NCBI RefSeq assembly: GCF_004010195.1
Contig: NC_057712.1
Location: 93,986,256-94,050,255 of the forward strand
DNA: 64,000 bases
Direction: 5' to 3'
DNA from: Chiloscyllium plagiosum
Taxonomy: Eukaryota
Shown: positions 25,176 to 38,180 of the stretch, in pieces
How positions within the stretch are numbered: the stretch's first letter is position 1
How the letters are laid out: each line of letters opens with the position of its first letter
Notes under the pieces: generated by a model
What the model saw: only the letters and a program-made list of their open reading frames with translations
What the model was told of the DNA's origin: nothing
Databases searched by the model: none
Program-made: the position numbers and the translations under genes

Positions 25176-26029
25176 AATTAATTAATTTTCCTTTCATCAT
25201 ACATAAGGAGTTTGCTTTTCTTCCAGTTTCTGGTTCTGATGAAGGTTCAGTGAAGGAGTATTTTTATGAATGATGAATCATGATGTTGGCTTCTTGCTTT
25301 CTGTCTTGTGATCTATTTCACTGCTTTTCTGTCTGGGGTGATTCATGCAATCCACTCTTGCTGCCATGCTGATTGCATATATGCTGTGCAGCTCTGTCCT
25401 TAGCAGCATTAACCCAGCTTAAAGCATAGATATCCTGGAGCTCAATTCCACATCATGGTTCACTACAAAACAAAGAATCCTTTCTTTCCTTTAGATTGGA
25501 AGCTCAACCAACTATTGGATGTCAGTCAATTCCCAAACGTGCTTCCCTTCCACTTCCCCCATATAATTATTGATCAAGATTGTGCATAGCCGAGTGAAAT
25601 GGGAGTTAACCACTTATGACTTATCCTTTTGTGCTTTGAATATCTCATACTGTATACTATACTTGGTAAACATAATATATCTTCATCCTGGGAGATTGTG
25701 CAGACATTACATGCTAATCAAACTTGGAAAATCTCCTGTTCCTTATCTGTTGGGTATGTTTCATTGAGTTTAGTTATATCTTACTGAGTTTTAGAATAAT
25801 CCAGCTTTATTAATGAAGTGCTTTGGTTGCTACACATTGTGAAGAATCCCTGACTGCAGTTCATGGTGATTCTATAAACATTTTCATGAGTAATGCATTT
25901 ATAAGTTGTGCCAAAAGTAATGGAACAAGTGAACTTTGGCTTCATTACATTCATGAAAATATCTAAGTGGAGATCCTTGTCTGTTTTGAAAGTGGGAAAA
26001 AGTGTCAAGCACATTACAGAATTTATTTC

Positions 26030-26188
26030 TTATTCATTCATGGAACATGGGTGTCCTTATCTGGGCCAGCATTTATTGCCTGTCCCTAATTCCCCTTGAG
26101 AAGGTGGTGGTGAGCTGCCTTCTTGAAACGCTGCAGTCCAAGTGCTGTACGTAGACCCACAATGCCCTTAGGTAAGGAATTCCAGAAT
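26030..26188 (-). mobile_element. 3' terminus of a LINE, probably the 16940-19075 family
   Basis: ttattcattcatgg...atttattgcctgtccctaattccccttgagaaggtggtggtgagctgcc...ggaattccag; the last bases resemble ggggttccag near 16947. Confidence 0.6.
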
Positions 26189-26809
26189 CATGCATCATGT
26201 GGTGTACTGAGCTATGATGCTCATCACCAAACCCAGTCACAAAGTCTTCTCTTCACTGACTGGATGTGAACAATCTCCATGGGGAATGTATGAAAGGAAA
26301 GCAAGTACCAAGATACACGCACCCATAACTATTCTGATGCTTCGTCATCTGCTTAAGTTAATGAACAGCAAATTCTTTGGAATCCATTACTGACATGCAA
26401 TCCTCCTCATCTGAATTTCCTTGACATTGTCTGCCCAGTTGATTATTCACCTGCCCACATGAAAGAGGAAAATCTGCTGTCAAACGGTTAACAGTTGATG
26501 AAGCAGGTCTTCATGAAGAAGTACAGACAAGAGTAATGTAGGGGTGATGGGAGATGGTGGATTCTAACTACCTCTGCCTGGTGTTAAAAACCAAGCCAGC
26601 AGAATGTAAATGAGGTCCCAGTGTTGTAATAGCTCAGGGTTATGAACTGATCGTATTTGAGGGGATTTCTGAAATTCACCCTGACCATCTCCCTTCCCCT
26701 ATTCCACCATCATCCCCATCCCACTCACCCACTTCCATCTCCACTCCCTATATTACTGGCCACCAATCTCCCATGATCGAAATTTGCTTTCAGTTCAGAT
26801 CCCCACCAC

Positions 26810-27205
26810 CATAGAGTATTAGAGTCATAGAGTTGTACAGCATGGAAACAGATCCTTTGGTCCAACTTGTTCAAGTTAACCAGATATCCTAAATTAACAT
26901 AGTCCCATTTGCCACCATTTGCCCATATCCCTCTTTCCTATTCATATACCCATCCAGATGCCCTGCAATTGTACCCACTTTCACCACATCCTCTGGCAGC
27001 TCATTCCATACACGCACCACCCTCTGCGTGAAAAAGTTGCCCCTTTAGTCTCTTTTAAATTTTTTGCCTGCTCACCTGAAACCTATGCCCTCTGTTTTTG
27101 AATTCCCTTGCCCTGGGGAAATGACCTTGCCTATTCACCCTATCCATGCCCCTCATGATTTGATAAACCTCTATGAAGTCCCCCTTCGCCTCTGATGCCA
27201 AAGAG
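26810..27205 (-). mobile_element. CR1 3' end
   Basis: agagtcatagagttgtacagcatggaaacag...caccctctgcgtgaaaaagttgcccc is the reverse of the HER1-like 3' end. Confidence 0.88.
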
Positions 27206-30103
27206 AAATTAGTTGTTTGACTGGGAGAGAGAACATAGCAGGAAAATTCTCAGTGCTACCTTGCTGGGCAAATTATTTACCTTAGATGGGCAGATTACAT
27301 TTTCTTTCCTGTTGTATTTATTCTTTGATTGAGATTAGAGTCATTACACACAGCCTCAGAGATTGTGAATGCACTCGGCCGTAGACATTGTAACTTTCCA
27401 CTGCTTAGTGGCTCACTTCTATCAATGAACTTTTCAGTGGCCCTGTAATTGGAGAAGAGTCAGTTAGTTGCAGGACATTGAAGTAGTTAATAAAGATCTT
27501 CATTCAGAAATAAACCCTATATTCCACTGTTCCCTTGTCAGTTTCCACATAAATTAATTCTGTAACTGAGCAAGTAGTTTGGACACCTATCTTCTCCCTA
27601 GCTAAACAAAGAAAGTAAGACTCCATGGTAGCGATTAAACTATTACTTATTAACAACTATTTGTTTCAGTTATTTTAAAGAATGAAAATTGCTGACAATG
27701 GGAAAGAGAGAGATACACATCTTGCTTAGAAAAATTATCTGCTCCCAAATCCCATCTCTTTGAGCTTTTCTGAGGAAACATTGGTACATAACATGCCTGC
27801 AGTAAATTCTGCAGACCTGCAATATTCAAACAGGGCGACTGGGATTGTGTTGATTGAAGGGAAGAAGGAGCTTATAATTATATAATCACCTTCGTCACCT
27901 CAGGATGTCCCACTTTATATCCAATAAAATGTTTAGTACAAAATACATAATACCATGGATGCTGGAAGTCGGAAATGCAAGAACAAAATGCTGGAAAATA
28001 CACAGCAGGTCCATGAAGTGAGAAGCAAAAGCTGATGTCTCAACAGAAATATTGTTGAAGTCCAATCACGATTTAGTAGAGGGATAAATAGAAAGCAGGA
28101 TTCACATTTTCATTTCTTCAAAACAGTGCCATCTACAAGGTTCACTGAAGAAACAGATAGTATCATGGTTTAACAATTCCTCCAAAAGACCTCCAAGAGT
28201 GTCAAACACCCTCAGGAAAGCACTCTATAAACCTAAGATTATGTATTAGGTTGGAGTGGAACTTGAATTCATAAACTTCTGAATCAGACAATAATTTTGA
28301 CCACCAAACCACTTTGAGGCCCATTTTTGTCAAGCCAGCCTGGGTACTCAGAAAATCTTTCTAAGCTTTTAAAATCTTTTATATATTTCATAATTGTTAA
28401 AATAAAGAACTAATACGCCATTCTGCTGTTCTAAACCAATCACCTTATCCATCCTCACAGATAGTGACCCATTATTTTGAGTATGTTTTCTAAAAGCAAA
28501 ATGGTTTCCCTGGCATCAGGAAATAAGCATGTATTGTTTTCCATATACAATGATGGCTCTAAAATTGGATCATGGGATACTAATGGACATTACACACATA
28601 AACTCTTCTGAATCTTCTCTCTGTGCTATTTTAATGATGACCTGTTTCTTTCCAGTGAGTTCATGCCTCAACCACAATAATGAGAATTTTCGGTTGCTAA
28701 GGTCAAACATTAGTATCCCACGATATAATTTTAGGCTTCTTTCTAGTCATTAGTTTAATGCGGGTTTTGCATCATTACAACGTTCTACATTATGCATCAT
28801 TTCCTTCCTTCCCTTGTCTCCGCCCTTCAGCTTTAAGAGTCAAGTTAGCAATTGAACAGCAGAACCGCAAGCAAGTGAAGTGATTAAAGAGAGAGTGCAC
28901 TTTCTGGAAGTTGTACTTCTGTTAAATGATACATAATCCAATGGTTAAGAATCACTGGTGTTCATTTGTTCAGACCACATTATGCTTCGTTATGCACCAT
29001 ACAGGATATCTGAATCATGTGACTATAACATGATTTGATTTACGTCACAAGACATTAACAAACTCAATAAACCTGAGCAATTTATGGAGAAAAGGTCGAT
29101 GGAAACTGGTTAACAATCAATGAACTGAGGAAGGCTTGATACAAATATTAGCCACTAACACACTACATTAATTCTTTGAGTTAGCATGTGATGATTGAAA
29201 AGTAGTGGCAGCAGCTTTTTGATTGAAAGAAAAGTTGCAAAGTGGTAGGATTAGAAGCTCATGTTTATTGTAATATAATTTGAATTTAATTTATTGCGTT
29301 AACAAAATTTTAAATCATAAAAAGATTCATCCAAAGCAGGGCTTTTTTAGTCAGGGAAATGGCAAAAGTTAATTATTGCAAAACAAAAGTTTCTATTGAT
29401 CTATATAGATAGGGGTGCTTGCTGCCGTTTAAGAATAGGTCTCCTGACTCGCCACTGGAACTTTGGGTCAATTTAGGACTAGCTGTGTAACAGTGTAGTT
29501 GTGTAATCAAGTGTTCCCTGGTTTAAGTACGACCAGGCTTACCTTGTGGTCTATTTATAATTTATAAATTGACCATAAACTTAACGCCAGTGTTTCAATC
29601 CTGCAAGGTGAAAAGCTTTCAGCTGTTTGTTTTTTATTTAATGTTTAAGTTCTGTACTACCAAGCAATTAAAAGTTTAATCATTTGCGTCATTGACCTGT
29701 TAGGATAACTGTAAGCAAACATGTTCTAACCAGCAGTGCAAACCCAGGGTGAACGGTTAGCAATCATCTCTCACAACATCACTTCGCTTGAATGAAAGAG
29801 CCACTTTTGATTTGAAGTTTTCAGAATGACACCCTTATCTTCCCAACATAGTCCAGCAGTTTCTTAAGTGAATCCAGGCTTCATCCATTCTTCCTGGTGA
29901 CCCATTCCAATATCTGACCACCCTCTGTGCAAAGAAGTATTTCTGAGTGTCGTTTCTAATATTGCAAACCTGCATCTGTATCATCTTATCCTGCTGATTT
30001 TGTAATCCGTAAGAAATTTTTCAGGACTTACTTTCTGACTCCCATTTCTCTTTGGCATCCTTCTACCTTGTCCCTTGATGGACAATGTTTTATTTTGATA
30101 CAT

Positions 30104-30325
30104 AGCAAAGCAAAGTACTGCAGGTGATGGAAAACTGGAAGTGCTTAGGAAACTCAACAGGTCTGGCAACAACTATAGACAGAAAGACAGATAGTGTTTC
30201 GAGTCCAGTGACCTTTCACCAGAGGGGTCAAATGTAATGAAGAGTCACAGGATTCGAAACGTTAGTGCTGTTTTTCTCTCTACAGATGCTGCCAAATCTG
30301 GTGGTTTTCTCCATTGCTTTCTATC
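30104..30325. mobile_element. Fold-back PLE terminus (family C) with two decayed hammerhead-like cores
   Basis: gtttcgagtccagtgacctttca is inverted relative to tgaagagtcacaggattcgaaac; the plus arm retains GAA-ACGT. Confidence 0.65.
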
Positions 30326-31189
30326 TGTGTTATACATCGCCTTGAATTCCTCAGAATCTACATTGCAGTCTCTGCTACATTGCAGCAGGTGACAAGAAGC
30401 TGAGAAGGTTCCAAATACACGGGCTCCTGTTTTATTTGGCATTCCTCTCGTCCAGTTGAGCTTTTTGTTTATGCCCACTCCAATCAATTTGCTTCCATGT
30501 AGTCAGTCTTCAGAGGCCTTAGTGACTGTCTCTCAGTTTGGAGATAGTGAGGGACCGTAGATGTTGGAGAGTCAGATTCGATAAAGTATGAGTCAAACCA
30601 TTTTTGACCATACTGTGGATCTCAAAGGTGCCTTGCCATAGTTAGCCTTCTCTTGCTGTGACAATACAGTGGACAAGACCATATTGAAGTAATTGAAGAG
30701 AAACTGAGTGACAGTGACGTTAATGGGAGAGTGACAGAGGTGCCCAGAATGGCATTTAGTGGGACTTGGACATCTCAGCATCCCTGATGGTGCAGTCCTG
30801 GTCTTCTCCTGAAAGGGCTAGGATTCTCTCCTCATAGGGAATAAGGACATGGATGTCAGGCACATTCTCATGCTGCCCTGCAATAGGCTGTCTTCACCTG
30901 TAATGAGAAAAAAGGGTGGGGGGTGGTGATGATTTTTGATGGCAATAGATGGCCCGGCTGTTAGTGCTCATGTACATGAGAGAAAGATGGTGAGATGTAC
31001 TGAAGGACTAAGGTGGGATTATAAGGACTGTCAATTTTCTGTCAGATTTCCAATAACGGGCAGGTTTTTCTAGGAATTGCATGTGGTAAGGCTGTTTGAA
31101 AATTGAGAGTGAGAAACATCATAGGGAATGTGATAGCTCATTAATGAGGTGAGGTTGGTAATACACGGTGAGAAAATGTGCTTGGCTGT

Positions 31190-32027
31190 TTGGTTGGCTG
31201 ACAGGAATGGCAGGCAGTGACCAGTGAGGTACCGCAGGGATCAGTGCTGGGACCGCAGCTTTTTACAATATATATTAATGATATAGAAGATGGTATTAGT
31301 AATAACATTAGCAAATTTGCTGATGATACTAAGCTGGGTGGCAGGGTGAAATGTGAGGAGGAGGTTAGGAGATTACAGGGTGACCTGGACAAGTCAGGCG
31401 AGTGGTCAGATGCATAGCAGATGCAGTTTAATGTGGATAAATGTATGGTTATCCACTTTGGTGGCAAGAAAAGGAAAGCAGATTACTACCTAAATAGAAT
31501 CAATTTAGGTAAAGGGGCAGTACAAAGAGATATGGGTGTTCTTGTACACCAGTCAATAAAGGTAAGCATGCAGGTACAGCAGGAGTGAAGAAGGCTACAT
31601 GCTGGCCTTCATAACAAGAGGGACTGAGTANNNNNNNNNNNNNNNNNNNNNNNNNNNNNNNNNNNNNNNNNNNNNNNNNNNNNNNNNNNNNNNNNNNNNN
31701 NNNNNNNNNNNNNNNNNNNNNNNNNNNNNNNNNAGCTTAAAAATACGGGGTAGATCATTTAGGACAGAGATGAGGAGAAACTTGTTCACCCAGAGAGTGG
31801 TGGCTGTGTGGAATGCTCTTCCCCAGAGGGCAGTGGAGGCCCAGTCTCTGCAGTCATTTAAGAAAGAGTTGGATAGAGCTCTCAAAGATAGTGGAATCAA
31901 GGGTTATGGAGATAAGGCAGGAACAGGATACTGATTAAGGATGATCAGCCATGATCATATTGAATGGTGGTGCAGGCTCGAAGGGCAGAATGGCCTACCC
32001 CTGCACCTATTGTCTATTGTCTATTGC
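31190..32027 (+). mobile_element. CR1 LINE with (ctattgt)n tail; contains N gap 31631-31733
   Basis: VPQGSVLGPQLFTIYIND..KFADDTK and LFTQRVVAVWNALP. Confidence 0.92.
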
Positions 32028-33658
32028 CTCATTGTAAAAAACTTGCCCGAACGTTGGATGTAGCCAAAGCAGTGTAAAATTCAGCCCTGCAACATTAAAG
32101 GGCCTCCAATTCTAATACAGTGATACATGCAGCAGCTACAATCAAAAATCTATGCTGAGGACAGACACATTTCATCCAAATTCACATGATCACACACATC
32201 TGTCACTTTGCATTTACAAAATGTTGCAACCCATTTTCAACACCGATTTTATCACTGTTTTTCCTGACATTCCCTTTTACTTATGTGTTTGTTGCTTATC
32301 CCTGGTGGTGAGGCTGCCTTCAGAGGTCAATGACATATTGTTGACAGGGTCATGTGCAAACTCTTTTGATGTGTGTAACAGAGAGATGTATCATGTGAAC
32401 TAAGGCTTCACTGCACTCCTGTCAAAGTACAATAATCAGAGTGTACACAAAAACACTCCGGACGCACAATAATTATGTCCCTTGTACTGAGTCATGGCTT
32501 TTCTGTTGGTATGTTTATGTGTATGTATATCATGGATGTTGTGTTTTATTACCTATAATTCTGGAACTACAATGTTATATAACCTTCGTTTGCCAGTGTC
32601 TTTTTATTGCACCTCACCATTTCTCTCTCCTCATCCCTGCCCTTCCCCTCACTCAAACCCTCACTTGTTTCTCCCATCATTGTTGATTTTCACCTTCTCA
32701 TCATGCTTTCTCACTGTTGGTCTCATGGTATTTCCTGCTTTGATCCTCTGGTCTTAATGTCAACCATCTCCTTCCATGGTCTTCGATCTAGGCTCATTGA
32801 CTGCGATTTTGTCAGTAGGAAAACCAATGGCTGAATCTCATCAAGGAGACTAATACTATGTGAAACCACTTGGCAGAGAATCAGCTTCAGCCAGCGATGG
32901 GATCCGGGCAGGAATATTCCTGGTGGGAACTGCTGCCCTGCTCAACTCAACAACCTGTTCCCAAGAGGTACAACTTCAGTCAGAGGGCCAATAGTTCAGG
33001 CATCCTTGCGGGGTTACTGTTAATTATGGTCACTTCAGACCCAAACCCAAATGGTGGTAAGTGTGTTCTGGGGATGTCAGAGCCAGGTACGCAGTCCCTG
33101 GTGATCAGGTCAGGTGAGACGTTGCTGGAGGAAGGGGACACCATTACCGCAGAGGCAGCCATTGCCTCTACATGGAAAGGCATTCCAGCCATGGGCCATT
33201 GTCTGCCCAAAACAGGAAGTTCCCAAGCCCCATCATTGGGGCTGGCTGGGTGGATGCCAGGTTTCAATGAACAACCTGCACACATGGAGATAGGAATTAG
33301 CTTCAACTGAGATCTCAGTGGGTGAATGACACATTCCCCAAAATGTTCCAATGTTTTTTTCCAACCTTCCCAGCTGATCTCCAATGAACTGATAAAATTC
33401 TGGCCGGACTCTTCCTTTTTAAAGTATAGTAGAATTAAAACGAATAATGTACGGATGGCCAGCTGCTTTTGTAATGGCAAACAGCAGACAATGAGCTCAG
33501 GAAAGACAAAATGTTGGGGTGGAGTGAACTGTTAATGTTCTTCATGCTGAACAGTGAGTCAGGTCGACATTAAATATCCAGCTTCTCCCAGTGTCTTGAT
33601 CAATTAACCCTCAAGCTGTAGAATGAATGAGCTGTTTTTTCACTTCAATTCCAGTGTT

Positions 33659-34387
33659 ACAGGTTTATTCGGAAGCACTAGCTTTCAGAGCACTGCTCCT
33701 TCATCACATGGTTGTGGAGCAGGACCATATGACACAGAATCTATAACAAAAGATTACAGTGTCATGCAACTGAAATGATATATTGAACAGATTAGATTGC
33801 TGTTAAGTTTTTCATCTTTTATGCACGCACCACGCACATGTAAGTCTATGGGGTGAATTTGCATTGGCAGAATTATATTTGCAGATACACTGTATTTTGC
33901 TCAAAAAGCACACAGTCTGTTCACAGTCAATTCAGATAGTCAATCCATGTAATATTTTATAAATTCCACTTTGGAAATAAAATCAATCTGACTCAAGATT
34001 GGTATACAGACAGACTCTAACCTCACATCTTTAATGCATTGTCTGAGCTGAGATGTCACCTTTATTTTTACAAAACCTTAAGTTATCTTGAGAATTTGAC
34101 TTAAAAGAAGCTCTGGGATTTACATATTAATGAACCAAAACCTGAAACCCATTCTAAAAGATGAAAGACTTAACAGCAATCTAGATTTGTTCAATATTTT
34201 GTTTCAAATCCATGACACTGTAATCTTTCCTATAAATTCTGTATCTTATGATCCTGCTCCGCAACTACCTGATGAAGGAGCAGTGCTCTAAAAGCTAGTG
34301 CTTCCAAGTTAACCTGTTGGACTATAACTTGCTGTTGTGTGATTTTTAACTTTGTCCACCCCAGTCCAACACCGGCTCCTCCATTTC
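33659..34387. mobile_element. PLE-terminus element with inverted arms (family A)
   Basis: Arms about 33659-33820 and 34156-34317 are inverted around a spacer; degenerate TSD caattccagtgtt (33646-33658) / caatgccggtgtt (34388-34400); CTGATGAAGGAGC core near 34269 with GAAA mutated. Confidence 0.8.
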
Positions 34388-34840
34388 CAATGCCGGTGTT
34401 TGTGGTAACACTGTAAATTGGTTGCTGCAATTGTTATGTCTGATACATCCAGACCCCTGATGAAGTTCTCCAATTTGTTATGGGTCTGGGTAGGACACCC
34501 CAAATCATTGAACTTCTGGGTGAGGAGGGGTTAATTCCTCCCATTCTTTATTCCCCCTCACCCCCATAGCCGAGTGCAAAAAGATCAATTGTCACAGATC
34601 AAAGGTAGTCCTCATATAGCGGACAACGAAGCATGTGTTCTGGTAGCCAGCCAAGCCAAGAGTGACCAGCATATCTTGGATAGGGACGGGGCAGAGGAGG
34701 CAATGGAGTAGGAGGGGAGAGTGGGGCTGGGGTGGGGGAGGGGGTGGTATTGGGGGCAACTAATGTGGAGAACAAATGCTTTTCACTTGGTTTTCAGCCT
34801 AGATCCACCTGTTTCTCACTTTGCGTGATGCTGATGTTTT

Positions 34841-35292
34841 GTAAGATCATAAAACTGTAAGAAATAGGAACAGGAGTAGTGTTTGGTCGCGTCTGCTCCA
34901 CCATTCAATAGGATCGTGGTTAATTTTCCATTTTTCACATCCACTTTCCTGCCCTTTCCCTATAATACTTATTTCCCCCGACTGATCAATAATCTACCTC
35001 AGCCCTTAAATATACACGAAGACTGTGCTCCCACACGTGTCTGCAGCAAGGAATTCCAAAGACACACAGCCCTCTGAGAGAAGAAATTCCTTCTCATCTC
35101 AGTCTTAAATTGATAGGCCTTTCTTTGAGACTGTGTGCTCTGGTCCCAGACTCTCCCATGAGGGAAACAGCTTCTTAGTATTTACACTATCAGGTCATTT
35201 AGGAATTCTTCATGTTTCAATGAGATCACCTCTCATCCATCTAAATTCCTATCAGTAGAGTCCAAGCCTGTTTAAATTTTCTCTTGACACAT
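34841..35292 (-). mobile_element. CR1 3' end
   Basis: taagaaataggaacaggagtag...ccctctgagagaagaaattccttctcatctcagtcttaaa is reverse CR1 3' sequence. Confidence 0.8.
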
Positions 35293-36367
35293 GTCCTGCC
35301 AGTTTGAATTGTGTGGTTTCAGACAGTGGGCAGCTCTCTGTGCTGTTACACAAGGGTTTAGAAAACACTATCGACGACTGTATAGGGGTCAACACCATCC
35401 CCACTCTGTCTCCAGCCAAACCAACTATCTGCATCCAGACTGACGCACTGATAATTCAAACAGGTAGAACATGTTTAAAAATGACCCTGTAGTCAGCAGC
35501 ATTAGAAAAAGGAATCCCTTTTGAAAATTGATAAAGCAAGCGTTTTGTTTTCACAATATGACCACTCCTGAGCTCTGATATAACATGATAGGAAGGAAAG
35601 TTTCTCAGAGAGTCAGGGTTGATTAGGTTGTGGAGACACATGAGCTGTCCCAATGATCTGTATAATAATATTTTCTATGATGCCACAGCAGTGTGTCCAG
35701 GCAGATTAATTATATGGAATAGCTAATGATTATATCTAGTCACAACTTAATACCAGAAATGATAAATGTGTTTTTTATCTTATAATGATCTCAGCTTTTA
35801 AAGTGGAAGAGAAAGCACACAGTATTACTCACATTTGAACTCAACAACAAATCAGATACAAGCATTTTACTAAATATAGAGTGCAAGTTGCTTGAGCAGG
35901 GAATGGGATGAAGCACAACACTTTATAGGTGGAAGAGATGGAGGATATTGAAAGGTGACAGCTATAAGGTGGCGGTCCTGAAATTCCTTAGTTATCTTAG
36001 AATTTTCTTTTTTAAAATAATTAAAGCAGGAAAATCAGTTAACAATATCGTGCCTGAAAATATATGGAACTTAAAACAATTATTGATAATTTCAAATCTG
36101 ATTTTAAACAGGAGACAAAAGGGATAATAAAATCCTCATGGAGCTGTCTCTGTGAATAAATAGCCTGCTGCTGGTGGCAATGCTGTGAACTACTATCATC
36201 CTATTCTGCTGCTGCTTCCTGCTCTAATTCATGGTCAGACCTCTGGCCAGGTCAATACATTAAATTGCATTCAGTTACAATCCTACCCCCTTCACATGGG
36301 TATATTTCAAATATAGAGGAAGTCCTTGATTCTGGAAGATGTATGATGTCACTATTTGCAACAGTAA

Positions 36368-36660
36368 CAAGTTGCATTTATTTAGTACCTTTACTGATGT
36401 AAAACATCTTGGGGTGCTTTACAGTAACACCGTCAAATGATATTTCATATTAACCTGAAGATATTGAAATGGTAAGTTTTGAAGAACATCTTAAAGAAGA
36501 GAGAAACAGAGAGGTGGAGATGTTTAGGGAGAAAACTTTAGAGTTTAGGGTCTAGGTAGCTGAAAGAATGGCCAATGGTCTCCAGTAGTAACAGAAGTGT
36601 AAATGAGATTTTTACCAGCAGATGAGTGGACACAGAGGTGGAGCTAGACAACGTTAGCTC
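36368..36660 (-). mobile_element. L2-type LINE 3' remnant
   Basis: ttgcatttatttagtacctttac...ttaaagaagagagaaacagagaggtggagatgtttagggaga...ggtagctgaaag, the same type as 43640-44460. Confidence 0.55.
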
Positions 36661-36870
36661 TCAAAGTCTGAAAATCTGACCTGATTCCACTTTCACAGAT
36701 GTAAATAAGCAAGAGAAAGAAATGACTTACATTTATGAAGTGTCCTAAGGAAGTTCCACGCTCTTATAGAGCCATAAGGCAGTTTTAAAGAAGAGATGCC
36801 ACTACAATATAGGCAAAATAAGCAGCCAATGTATGTACCATAAGATCACAGAAGAAGCAACTAGTTAAAT

Positions 36871-38180
36871 AAAGGATAAGGCTGAAGCATTGCAGCAATG
36901 CTCCGCCCAGAAGTACCAAGTGGATGATCCATTTCAGCCTCCTCCAGTGGTCCCCAGCATTACAGATACCAGCCTTCACCCAAATGGATTCACTCCACTT
37001 GGTATCAAGGGATGATTGGAAGAAGTGGCTACTGCAAAGACTATGGGCCCTGACAACATTCCAGCATTAGTATCAGAGACTTATGTTCCAGAACTTGCTG
37101 CTGTCCGAGCCAAGCTCTTTCAATAAAGTTACAGCATCTACCTGACAATCTGAAACATTGCCCAGCTATGTCCAGTACACAAAAAGTGGACAAATGCAAC
37201 CCAACCAATTACTGCCAGCAGTCTGCTCTCGATCATCAGTAAAATGATGGATGGTGTTATCAACAATGCTATCAAGCAGCACCTGCTCAGCAATGCCCAG
37301 TTTGGGTTCTGCCAGAGTCACTCAGCTCCTGACCTCATTACAGCCTTGGTTCAAGGCTGAATTCCAGAGGTGAGGTGAGAATGACAGCCCTCGATATTAA
37401 GGCCACATTCAACTGAGGTGTGGTATCAAGGAGCCCAATGAAATTGGAATCAATAGATATCATGGGGGGAAACTCTCCATGACTTGGAGTCGTTTCTGGC
37501 ACGTAGGAAGATGGTTATGATTGCTGGAGGTTAGTCAGCTTAGCTCCAGGACAACTCTGCAGGAGGTCCTCAGGGTAATATCCTAGGCCCAACTATCTCC
37601 AGCTGCTTCATCAATGACTTTCCCTCCATTATCAGATCAGAACTGGGATGCTTGCCAATGATTGCATGATGTTCAGCACCATTCACAACACCTCTGATAC
37701 TGAGGCAGTCTATGTTCAAATGTAACAAGGTCTTCATGATATCCAGGTTTGGGCTGACAAGTGGCAAATAACATTCTTGCAACACAAATGCCAGTCAATG
37801 ACAATCTCCAATAAAGTCAATCTAATAACTACTCCTTGACATTCAGTGGTGTTACCATCACTGAATCCCTCATTATCAACATCCTTTGGGCTACATTGAC
37901 CAGAAACTCAACTGGACCCGCCACATAAACATGGTAGCTAAAAGAATTAGGAATGCTGTGGCTAGTAGTTCAACTCCTGATTCGCCAAAGCTTGTCTACC
38001 AACTACAAGGCACTAGCCATGAAGTGTGATGGAATACTTACACTTGCAGCTCCAACAAAACTCAAGAAGCTTGACACCATCCAGAATAAAGTAGCCTACT
38101 TAATTGGCAATACACCAACAAACATCTGCTCCCTCCAACACTGATGCTCAGTAGCAGCAGTTTGTACTATCTACAAGATG
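36871..38180 (+). mobile_element. LINE RT region, same family as 16940-19075
   Basis: atgggccctgacaacattccagca (GPDNIP), cctcagggtaatatcctaggccc (PQG..LGP), LKKLDTIQNKVA; ends at the Penelope junction. Confidence 0.85.

Noticed and set aside
25226-25260. CTGATGA as a further hammerhead (also about 7040)
   Set aside because: No stem II followed by GAAA is present; at most these are very decayed PLE ends.
34685-34757. G-rich tract as a functional G-quadruplex
   Set aside because: Such tracts are common in this sequence and there is no promoter or conservation evidence.
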